From an uncultured Candidatus Berkelbacteria bacterium (GTDB lineage Bacteria; Patescibacteriota; UBA1384; CAJBMM01): a DNA stretch of 57,885 nucleotides. The stretch lies in the NCBI GenBank assembly GCA_903954185.1, contig CAJBMM010000037.1:1-57885 (forward strand), written 5' to 3'. The notes below the pieces were generated by a model. It saw nothing but the letters and a program-made list of their open reading frames with translations. It did not search any database and was not told the DNA's origin. Position 1 is the stretch's first letter, and each line of letters opens with the position of its first letter. Positions 39,189 through 47,462 of this stretch are shown piece by piece. The position numbers and the translations under genes were made by a program.

Positions 39189-39217
39189 GTGCCCCGCCTC
39201 CCTTGGAGACGGGGCAC
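39189..39217 (+). terminator. hairpin/terminator after the prepilin-like gene
   Basis: GTGCCCCG.CTCC-CTT-GGAG.CGGGGCAC. Confidence 0.55.
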
Positions 39218-39312
39218 TGCTCTTTATATCACCCATTTTTCGCAAAATAGATCAAGATATGATAAAGTAAGGTCGTGTTCTGCGCATCTCGCATCGCACA
39301 TCACATTTGCTA

Positions 39313-39388
39313 GCCCCTTTAGCTCAGTGGATAGAGCGCTACGCTTCGGACGTAGAGGTCGCAGGTTCAAATCCTGTGAGGGGTACCA
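39313..39388 (+). tRNA. tRNA-Arg(TCG)
   Basis: full cloverleaf; anticodon arm CTACG-CT TCG GA-CGTAG; A20; CCA encoded. Confidence 0.95.
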
Positions 39389-39446
39389 AAGAAAATTATC
39401 GAGTACTAATTTTCATTTTAAGAAGTGTTTGTACAGTCGCGCAAAA

Positions 39447-39658
39447 GTTCGCACCCGTCAAGCGACGGTTAGTAATCACTTTGTGATTGTGAGATAATTG
39501 CTACTGTTCGTAGCAAGTATATAACCTGCTTGCGGGTTCTCACTTCGTTCGCACCCGTCAAGCGACGGTTAGTAATCACTTTGTGATTGTGAGATAATTG
39601 CTACTGTTCGTAGCAAGTATATAACCTGCTTGCGGGTTCTCACTTCGTTCGCACCCGT
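39447..39658 (+). repeat. exact 100-bp tandem duplication ending in the 5' end of tRNA-Lys
   Basis: gttcgcacccgt at 39447, 39547 and 39647; the intervening sequences are identical. Confidence 0.9.
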
Positions 39659-39726
39659 AGCTCAATTGGCAGAGCAGCTCCCTCTTAAGGAGACGGTTGG
39701 AGGTTCGATTCCCCCCGGGTGCACCA
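39651..39726 (+). tRNA. tRNA-Lys(CTT)
   Basis: cloverleaf GCACCCG/CGGGTGC; loop CT CTT AA; CCA encoded. Confidence 0.93.
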
Positions 39727-39978
39727 AGATAGAAGATAGAAGTATGAAGTTGGAAGTCAGATGGTTTAATCATATTCGATACTCGTGATTAATTAAACAA
39801 CCTCAGTGAATTACAAACCAAGTTTCAACACCTCTGTCATTCCCCGAACCTGAACATTTGAGAGCGGTTCAAGGCCTTATTATCAGATTAATCGCATAGT
39901 ATTACTCACTTAAACAGCCACATTTAAACACAAAAATAGCCCTTAATTTGGGCTTTTTTTTAGTATAAAATTTTATTG

Positions 39979-40011
39979 GTGTGGGGCGGCAAACTCGTCG
40001 CCACCCCACAC
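39979..40011 (-). terminator. strong GC hairpin closing the small-ORF unit
   Basis: GTGTGGGG.GGC...GCC.CCCCACAC. Confidence 0.5.
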
Positions 40012-40080
40012 ACATCGCCCAACTGTCGGGCCCCCCAGCACTAGGTGCCGCAGCACTGGGGAGATACGGATCACCTCCTC

Positions 40081-40143
40081 TCAGAACTGGCCGTCGAGCA
40101 CAGTCGCGCACGTCAAGCCGAACAAGATTTTCCGAAAATCCAT
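40081..40143 (-). CDS. 20-aa small ORF MDFRKILFGLTCATVLDGQF
   Basis: AAGGAG SD 8 nt before ATG; extended -10-like TGCTATATT upstream. Confidence 0.5.
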   Translation of the reverse strand: MDFRKILFGLTCATVLDGQF

Positions 40144-40430
40144 AACGGCCACTCCTTGAGTTGGTAAACTGTCGCCCTGTGCGACAGAGTTAGTTACGCT
40201 TACTTAAGCGTATCTGCGCATAATATAGCAATAATATAGCTAGAGCGCTAGGTTGTAGCTGGTAGGGGGTATGAAAATTATAAAGAAGTGATCTTTGTTC
40301 TTTGATCTTTGTTCTTTGATCTTTGTTCTCTGTTACATGCTCCATGCTTCTTACTTCATGCTCCTCGCCTTGACCATCACTATAAATAAGGAATAATATA
40401 TAATTGTAATTAAATATTCGAAAGGAGAAT

Positions 40431-41564
40431 ATGAAAAAATTATGGATTTTTGGCTTATTGCTTGGTTTAGTTGCTTTCGCAACACCAGCGCTTGCAGCAG
40501 ATTTTAGAGCCCCAGTAAGCGATTCGGGAAACATCACCGTTGGAGAAGAAGAACAAGTTGGAAATTTGTATCTAGCTGGCACTAATGTCACCTCTAACCC
40601 CATAGTCACAGGTGATTTAATTACAGCAGGTTCCAACGTTACAATAAACGGTACGGTACAACAAAGCATACTAGCAGCAGGTGGAACTTTAACTATCAAT
40701 GCGAATGTTGGACAAAGCGCTCGAGTTGCAGGTGGTACTGTTACGTTTAATGGGCAGGTTACTGAAGATTTAGCAATCGGAGGTGGCACTATCGATTTGA
40801 CGAAGAACTCACTAGTAACAGGTGATTTACTAATTGCCGGAGGAGCGATTAAAATTGACGGTACAATAGGGGGTAAAGTTTATGGTTCAGGAGGAGATGT
40901 AATAATAAGCGGGCATGTAAAAGGCGATGTTAAATTAACCGATATCAACTCATTAGAATTGACAAGTGGAGCGATTATTGACGGTATGTTGACCTATAGC
41001 TCTATCTCTGAAGCAAAGATAAATAGCAACGCACAGGTTTTAGGTGGCACTAATTATGACAAAACCGCTGTCCGAAATAATAATTATAAGAGTGATTACT
41101 CATTTTCAATTTGGATGGCTTTGGCTTCGTTAATGCTCGGACTATTCATAGTTTACGGATTCAAGCGAACCACGCTCAAAATCGTTGAAGAAAACAAGAA
41201 AAAGTTTTGGGCAGCATTGGGAATTGGTGTTGTTGTAGCAATTATTGCTCCAATAATTGGATTTGTCTTAATGGTTACGGTAATTGGCGTTAAAATTTCA
41301 ATGCTTTTAGGCATATTTTTCTGGATGTTTGTACTGTTGGGCGGAGTGTTTAATTCAATTTTTCTTGGAAGCGAAATTTATCATTTAGCTAAAAAAGAAG
41401 AACCAATTAGGCTTGACTGGCTAACCGTCCTCATTGGAGTAGTGGTCAATTCCCTCTTGTTTGCGATACCAGTATTTGGCTGGATCGTATGGGCCGGAAT
41501 TTTTATGTCATCATTCGGCACTCTAATTAAACATATCTTTGCCGATTTTCCACAAAAAGCGTAG
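40431..41564 (+). CDS. bactofilin-like (polymer-forming) beta-helix membrane protein
   Basis: signal peptide; GD/L.xAGG.V.I.G.V repeats; about 5 C-terminal TM helices. Confidence 0.8.
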   Translation: MKKLWIFGLLLGLVAFATPALAADFRAPVSDSGNITVGEEEQVGNLYLAGTNVTSNPIVTGDLITAGSNVTINGTVQQSILAAGGTLTINANVGQSARVAGGTVTFNGQVTEDLAIGGGTIDLTKNSLVTGDLLIAGGAIKIDGTIGGKVYGSGGDVIISGHVKGDVKLTDINSLELTSGAIIDGMLTYSSISEAKINSNAQVLGGTNYDKTAVRNNNYKSDYSFSIWMALASLMLGLFIVYGFKRTTLKIVEENKKKFWAALGIGVVVAIIAPIIGFVLMVTVIGVKISMLLGIFFWMFVLLGGVFNSIFLGSEIYHLAKKEEPIRLDWLTVLIGVVVNSLLFAIPVFGWIVWAGIFMSSFGTLIKHIFADFPQKA

Positions 41565-41573
41565 TTACATACT

Positions 41574-41614
41574 AACAAAAAAGCCCCTCGAATATGTACG
41601 GGGGCTTTTTTGTT
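41574..41614. terminator. bidirectional terminator
   Basis: AACAAAAAAGCCCC...GGGGCTTTTTTGTT between convergent genes. Confidence 0.8.
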
Positions 41615-41618
41615 ATAC

Positions 41619-42194
41619 TTAGGAATTCTTGGTAATGAAACCAACTATTTTACTAAAGTTCATAGGAATAACGCGAGTAGAAACGAATCCAGAAAAATAA
41701 TTACGCTCCAATAAAACTAATTTATTACCATTAATCGCTTTGATGGCCGCAGCGTGTCCAACCGAGCTCTCTTTAGTAATAATAATATCTCCAGCACGAG
41801 GCGTAGAAGTATTAGGTTTATTACTAATAGCAGCACCAGAAATTTGGATACCAGTAATAGCACGAGCAAATGGAACACACTGGCCAGCTTCGGGATATAA
41901 TTTTGTCACATCCGTAGAAGCGCCAACAGTTTGAGCAGCCTTAGCTAATTTAGCCAATCTTTCTTTTTCTTTTTTAAGTTTAATATCATTTTCGGAATCC
42001 GCTATCTTAAACTGAATTTTTTGCTGATCACAAACTAAACCTGGGTTGTTTATGCCTAAATTAGGAACACAAACGGCTTGGTTGTCATTAACGGATTTTG
42101 ATACTTCTGTAGCGTGAATTTCGGTCGGCCTGTTAAAAGGAAGTAGGGTTATCGCAATGGCGATAATCCACCGTACCGTCTTAGACGTACAAAT
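41619..42194 (-). CDS. secreted CHAP-domain cell-wall amidase/peptidase; probable ATT start
   Basis: Frame open from AAGGAG-N7-ATT (42194) through a signal-peptide-like segment (TVRWIIAIAITLLPF) to the CHAP motifs GQCVPFAR, VGHAA, LERNY. Confidence 0.75.
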   Translation of the reverse strand: MCTSKTVRWIIAIAITLLPFNRPTEIHATEVSKSVNDNQAVCVPNLGINNPGLVCDQQKIQFKIADSENDIKLKKEKERLAKLAKAAQTVGASTDVTKLYPEAGQCVPFARAITGIQISGAAISNKPNTSTPRAGDIIITKESSVGHAAAIKAINGNKLVLLERNYFSGFVSTRVIPMNFSKIVGFITKNS

Positions 42195-42324
42195 AATTAT
42201 TCTCCTTGTTATGAATAGGACGGCAAGCGTGCCCCTCTTACTCCACGGTCCTGTCTCCTGTTGGCGATCCCCCTAATTAAAAACAATCTGGTATAAAACC
42301 AGATCGCTCAACAAAGACAAGTAC

Positions 42325-42353
42325 ATTATAGCGTACACGCTTGTATTTGTCAA
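42325..42353 (-). promoter_or_regulatory. consensus sigma70 promoter followed by a structured ~125-nt 5' leader
   Basis: TTGACA-17-TATAAT; leader stem TGTCTTTGTTGAGCGATC/GATCGCCAACAGGAGACA. Confidence 0.75.
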
Positions 42354-42375
42354 TACCCCCACGCTTAAATTTGTA

Positions 42376-43800
42376 TTATTTGTGCTCACTCAAAGGTGGT
42401 AAATATTTCTCTATTGAATAGCCAAAACTATCCCTTAAATCGGAATTAAAGGTAATTTTAGCCTCTTTACCACTATTAATTCCAAATCTATTCTGACACA
42501 CATAAGTAATATAAACTGGATCTGTTTTACCGTTAACCACTATCTCAATATTATTTTGAGATTGATCTTTAATAACTTGGCATATCTTTTTTTCGGTTTC
42601 ATACTGCCTATCTCCATCAACAATGTCGGTTTTAAATAATAAAAGGTTTTCTTGTAAAACAAAAACGATTACGAGCAAGGATACAATAATCGTCTCTTTA
42701 TGTTGGAATAAAATTTGCAACAAAAAAGTAGCCAAAATAGCGTATACAACAAACAAATGTTCACTGAGATGGATGTACAATATGCCTGGGTAATAAGAGA
42801 AAATAAGCAGCGAAAATAGTAAAGATAAAAGCAAGTAAGCAGGCATAAGTATGCTTTCTGGTTTCTTCCAATCTTTGAATTGCGCAATTAAAGCAATTAG
42901 CCCTGAACATATAAATACCTCTCTAGTAACTTCTGGCAATTTTAGGGTGTTATCAAACATAAATGCCATATAATTTAAACCACTAGTTATGTGTTGCCAA
43001 AATGAAAGCTCAGATTTATTGCCGAGCATTTCTAATATGCCCCGAACCATCTCAAAGTTGTGAGCAAATTCATAATATAAAGTTGGTATCCATGGTATTA
43101 GCGCTGCAACTACGCTTAATATCCAAATATTTTTGTTTTTTGTAACCCGATATATCAAAGGAATCAGCAAGAAATAGATTGGTATAAAGATGAAACCCCC
43201 AACATGCAACTGGGTTATGCTTCCTAATGCAAACGAAAATAATATTAAATATTTTTCCTTTTTTTGCCCAACTTTGGCTAAGGCAAAAAGTGAAAGAGCC
43301 ATAAAAAACGGCACCAAATTTGGATTCCATATCCAGCGCCCATATAGTACAGTTTCATACGATACAGCCAGCAATAGTGCTGCAATAATACCCGAAACTT
43401 TACCATAACGAATTTCTACTGCACGACCTAAGAAATAGACGGCTAAAGTACTAAGTAGCGCACAAAAACCACCAACAATAATTGGATTCCCCTTAGATAT
43501 CAATGCGGGAATTAGTAATAAATAATAGTAGTACGCACCATGATACAAACCTACGCCATTTGATGTTGGAGGACCTTTAGCAATCAACTGATGATTTATT
43601 ATCATCTCGTATGTCGTTTTCACATGAGATGCCTCGTCTATATCAAAATGCATGAGTGAACTAAGCAGGTAAAAACGCAAGAACGCACCAACACCAACAA
43701 TTGATAGCAAGATAAACCATTGCCAGTTAGCTTTTATAAATTTAGTACAAAATAAAAAAGCCCGTTTTAATTGTAAAATATATTGGTCTTTTTTAGCCAT
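42376..43800 (-). CDS. GT-C fold (ArnT/PMT-like) membrane glycosyltransferase
   Basis: LRFY...FDIDE luminal motif, GPP..G.YY, RWIWNPN; many TM helices. Confidence 0.8.
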   Translation of the reverse strand: MAKKDQYILQLKRAFLFCTKFIKANWQWFILLSIVGVGAFLRFYLLSSLMHFDIDEASHVKTTYEMIINHQLIAKGPPTSNGVGLYHGAYYYYLLLIPALISKGNPIIVGGFCALLSTLAVYFLGRAVEIRYGKVSGIIAALLLAVSYETVLYGRWIWNPNLVPFFMALSLFALAKVGQKKEKYLILFSFALGSITQLHVGGFIFIPIYFLLIPLIYRVTKNKNIWILSVVAALIPWIPTLYYEFAHNFEMVRGILEMLGNKSELSFWQHITSGLNYMAFMFDNTLKLPEVTREVFICSGLIALIAQFKDWKKPESILMPAYLLLSLLFSLLIFSYYPGILYIHLSEHLFVVYAILATFLLQILFQHKETIIVSLLVIVFVLQENLLLFKTDIVDGDRQYETEKKICQVIKDQSQNNIEIVVNGKTDPVYITYVCQNRFGINSGKEAKITFNSDLRDSFGYSIEKYLPPLSEHK

Positions 43801-43910
43801 AATTCATTATTATTTTTACCATATTTAACGCATAAGTTCAATCCACAAAATAATACCAAGGTTGAATATATGACCTCAAACTGGTAATCTTTATGTAGAA
43901 AAAGGAGCAT

Positions 43911-45008
43911 GTGAAGACTTTAATCATTATCCCAACTTACAACGAGCAAGAGAATATTGCTAATTTAATTGAATCACTTCGCAATTTGAAAATCTCCAAT
44001 TTGGAGATTTTAGTTGTAGATGATTCTTCGCCAGACGGAACTGGTGATATTGTTACGCATGAATCAAAAAAACCAGGTTTAGCCATTCATCTTTTAACAC
44101 AAACTACCAAAGGCGGATTAGGTAAAGCGTACGCAAACGGATTCCAGTGGGCGATTAAACATGACTATACACATGTCATCTCTATGGACGCAGATTTTTC
44201 GCACGACCCAAAATATGTACCAGAAATGCTAAAAGTAGATGAAAATGTTGGTATTGTTATTGGTTCGCGCTATATAAAAGGCGGCGGAATTGTTGGCTGG
44301 GATACAAAACGCTATCTAAACAGTTACGGAGCAAATATTGTTACCCGAATAGCCCTAGGATTAAAGCCCAAGGATGTAACCGCTGGGTACAAACGATACA
44401 CACGAGAATTCTTAGAATCAATAGACTATAAACACATTATTGCCTCGGGTTACGCTTTTCAGGTAGAAATGATTTACGAAGCACAAAATTATGGATTTAG
44501 TATTGTAGAAATTCCAATAATTTTTGCCGATCGCAGGGTTGGACAAAGTAAAATTTCTGGCGAATTAAAAAGATCTGCAAAAGTTGTATGGAAACTAACT
44601 AAAAAACGAGAGGGCGTGCGTCAATTTATCAAATTTTGCATAGTTGGAGCAATAAATACGATTGTCGATTGGGCATTTTATGCCATTTTTAAAACTTTCA
44701 TTGGCAGTTCAACACAAACACTGAAGCAAATTGCTAAGGCTTGCTCTTTTGTAATAGCTGCCACCTCTAGCTATATTATGAATAGAAAATGGACATTTCG
44801 ATCTACTGATAACCAAATTTTAAAACAAGCAATTAAGTTTATTGCAATTTCGGTCGGCGGACTAGTAATTAATAACTCTGTATTTTATCTTATTACTTCA
44901 CCTAAGTTCTTACATTTGGCCGATATTCTTGGTTTAATTTCGGGTACAGCTATAGCCACATTTTGGAACTTTTTTGGCAACAGAAAGTGGACTTTTAAAG
45001 AAGATTAG
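43911..45008 (+). CDS. polyprenol-phosphate mannose synthase (GT2) fused to a GtrA flippase-like domain
   Basis: IPTYNE, VDDSSPDGT, MDADFSH, GYAFQVE; C-terminal QFIKFCIVG...NRKWTF. Confidence 0.9.
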   Translation: MKTLIIIPTYNEQENIANLIESLRNLKISNLEILVVDDSSPDGTGDIVTHESKKPGLAIHLLTQTTKGGLGKAYANGFQWAIKHDYTHVISMDADFSHDPKYVPEMLKVDENVGIVIGSRYIKGGGIVGWDTKRYLNSYGANIVTRIALGLKPKDVTAGYKRYTREFLESIDYKHIIASGYAFQVEMIYEAQNYGFSIVEIPIIFADRRVGQSKISGELKRSAKVVWKLTKKREGVRQFIKFCIVGAINTIVDWAFYAIFKTFIGSSTQTLKQIAKACSFVIAATSSYIMNRKWTFRSTDNQILKQAIKFIAISVGGLVINNSVFYLITSPKFLHLADILGLISGTAIATFWNFFGNRKWTFKED

Positions 45009-45020
45009 CAATTTTTTATT

Positions 45021-46088
45021 TTATTTTGGAATTGGAATAAAATATTTTTGGACAGTTGTGAATGCTGGTTTTTTATCGCCGATTGTGCACACACTGACAG
45101 TTTTTTTGTTGACACTCACCAACCCCATACGCCCCTCGCTTTTATCTAGCAGGTTGCACATATCGGTCAATGGAAAAATAAAAATTCCAGAAATTAATTT
45201 CTCGTCGGCTGCATAATTAATAAAATTAGCAAGATAAGTTGATTGAGCATTAAAATCATTATCTAGGGTACCTTTATGCCTGTTTATCTCAATTACCCAA
45301 AATTCTTTATTATATTTACTAAGGTATTGTGGGATATTTAATGTCTTGCCGTCGCTATCCTTTTTAACTAAGGAGCTGCCCATATCATCATACCAATTCC
45401 ATCCGACAATTTCGAAGTGAACGCCATCATCAACAAGCCGATCGATAATTCCTACGCCTAGCCAATTTGCGGTAATAATTCGTTTTGCCGAAGGGTCATT
45501 ATCAAAAATACCGTTGCTTAATCCCTTTATCCAATTTAAAAAGACTGCATATTTTTGGTCGTCGTAATCAGTCTTTTTATCGCCTGGATAGCTAGGTTTA
45601 ATATTTACGCCCGAAGCCTCATTCGCTAATTGATAGTATTTTACCTTATTTTTATATCTAATTGCATAATCACTTGCCAGGCTATACGCCAAATCGTACG
45701 AAGCTGTATTAAAAAAATCTGGCAGAGATGGTTCGATAATTAAAACCGGATTTAAGCCATTTTCAATCGCAATTGATACAAAATCATCATTAATAGCAGC
45801 CGAGGATTCAATATTTGCCCTAACATCCGAAGCACCCAATTCTTTAGCGAGCATTATTTGGCTTGTTAAATCAGCTTTTGAATATTCACCGAGGGCATAA
45901 GGCCTAACTAGTACACCGCGATGAAAATCTGAACCGCTTATACGTTTGATATTTGTTGAGTTTTCAATTGCAACATCTTCATCGGCAGTATTATTTATCG
46001 TGCCTGCCGACCTGGTATTATTTATATACCAAAATGCACCCGCACCAATAATTACTAATACAATTAATGAAATTATGATTTTAATCAA
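45021..46088 (-). CDS. membrane-anchored clan GH-A glycoside hydrolase-like protein
   Basis: TM anchor; YYQLANE (acid/base), GWNWY, FWVIEIN (nucleophile). Confidence 0.65.
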   Translation of the reverse strand: MIKIIISLIVLVIIGAGAFWYINNTRSAGTINNTADEDVAIENSTNIKRISGSDFHRGVLVRPYALGEYSKADLTSQIMLAKELGASDVRANIESSAAINDDFVSIAIENGLNPVLIIEPSLPDFFNTASYDLAYSLASDYAIRYKNKVKYYQLANEASGVNIKPSYPGDKKTDYDDQKYAVFLNWIKGLSNGIFDNDPSAKRIITANWLGVGIIDRLVDDGVHFEIVGWNWYDDMGSSLVKKDSDGKTLNIPQYLSKYNKEFWVIEINRHKGTLDNDFNAQSTYLANFINYAADEKLISGIFIFPLTDMCNLLDKSEGRMGLVSVNKKTVSVCTIGDKKPAFTTVQKYFIPIPK

Positions 46089-46189
46089 ACCACTCCTTAG
46101 TTATCGCATAGTTGCTGCTTGTAACTATAACATTATTACAGTCTTGGCGTAAAACAGCAATATCTAGCAGATTAAGGTATAATAAACCT

Positions 46190-46933
46190 ATGAATAATAC
46201 ACGAAAAATGGTTGCGGCAGGCAAGTTTTACCCCGAAAATCCGGGGGATTTATCACGAGCCATATCTGAATGCTACAATAGTCAGGTGCTTTGTGAATCG
46301 CTAATTAAGCCAAAAATTCTTATAGTGCCTCATGCAGGATATCAATACTCTGGTCCAATTGCCGCATCTTCATATCAACTAGCTAAGCATAAAAAACGGT
46401 TCATAATTATTGGTACATCTCATAATTACCCAATTGAAGGAATTATCGGTTCACCAGAAGCCTACTGGCAGACACCATTTGGAAATTTAAAAACATTTTA
46501 CCTCAATGGATTGCCATTAAATAACTTATTGCATTCAGATGAACACTCAATTGAAGTTCAGCTTCCTTTTATTCATAATATATATGATAAAAACGAAATA
46601 TGCCCATTATTGATGGGGTCCGGTATTAACGAAAGTGAATTTTTAATTATCGAAAAAGCCATGGACGGTGCAGTAATTATTGTCAGTTCCGACTTATCTC
46701 ATTATAACCCTTATCCTACCGCCAACGCGATTGACCACAAAACTATTGATAAAATTCTTAATTTTAAGCCAGTTTCCGCCGATGAAGCATGTGGTTGCTA
46801 TGGAATTAATATGGCGATGATTTTAGCCAAAAGACAAAAGCTAACCCCCAGATTAATTGATTATCGCAATTCAGGTGATACTTTTGGTGATAAAACAGCA
46901 GTTGTTGGTTATGCATCAATTGGATTTTTTTAA
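46190..46933 (+). CDS. MEMO1 family protein (AmmeMemoRadiSam protein B)
   Basis: AGKFYP, VPHAGYQYSG, EHSIEVQLPF, SSDLSHY, CG, NSGD, VVGYAS. Confidence 0.93.
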   Translation: MNNTRKMVAAGKFYPENPGDLSRAISECYNSQVLCESLIKPKILIVPHAGYQYSGPIAASSYQLAKHKKRFIIIGTSHNYPIEGIIGSPEAYWQTPFGNLKTFYLNGLPLNNLLHSDEHSIEVQLPFIHNIYDKNEICPLLMGSGINESEFLIIEKAMDGAVIIVSSDLSHYNPYPTANAIDHKTIDKILNFKPVSADEACGCYGINMAMILAKRQKLTPRLIDYRNSGDTFGDKTAVVGYASIGFF

Positions 46934-46934
46934 G

Positions 46935-47462
46935 ATGGAAAATGATCAAATTATCGCTATCGCAAAACAAGCAATTATTAGTAAAATAAATGGCGAAAAT
47001 TTTACATTTGAAAATATTTCGTCAGATCTTTTGCAACCAAAAGCCTGTTTTGTAACATTAACTATTAACGGAAGACTGCGCGGTTGTATCGGCTCGCTTA
47101 ACGCACATCGCCCACTAGTAGAAGATATTAAAGCAAACGCAATAGCGGCAGCATTTGAAGATAATCGCTTTTTACCATTGACCAAGAAAGAAGTTGGCAA
47201 AATTAACGTTGCAGTATCGGTATTAAGCCAGCCATTTGATATAGAATATCATAATGCAGAAGAGCTACTTTCTCAAATAAATTCAGATATGGGAATAATA
47301 TTATCCTACCAAAATAAAAGTGCCACATTTTTACCTCAAGTTTGGCAAGATATTCCAGATAAGGTAGAATTACTGGAAGCCCTAGCACAAAAAGCTGGAT
47401 TAAAAACGGACGATTGGAAACATGCCAAAATGAATGGATACTATGTCACTGCGTATCACTAA
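46935..47462 (+). CDS. AMMECR1 domain protein (AmmeMemoRadiSam protein A)
   Basis: FVTL...LRGCIG, AAFEDNRF, ATFLPQVW, KAG. Confidence 0.93.
   Translation: MENDQIIAIAKQAIISKINGENFTFENISSDLLQPKACFVTLTINGRLRGCIGSLNAHRPLVEDIKANAIAAAFEDNRFLPLTKKEVGKINVAVSVLSQPFDIEYHNAEELLSQINSDMGIILSYQNKSATFLPQVWQDIPDKVELLEALAQKAGLKTDDWKHAKMNGYYVTAYH

Noticed and set aside
39447-39658. CRISPR array
   Set aside because: The sequences between the 12-nt repeats are identical (a tandem duplication, not unique spacers), and there are no cas genes.
40068-40079. 16S rRNA gene or fragment
   Set aside because: Only the 12-nt GGATCACCTCCT matches; the upstream sequence does not resemble helix 44/45.
39902-40789. Minus-strand ORFs 39902..40111 and 40190..40789
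   Set aside because: The first has no SD and runs through hairpins; the second is antisense to the bactofilin-like gene and crosses low-complexity repeats.
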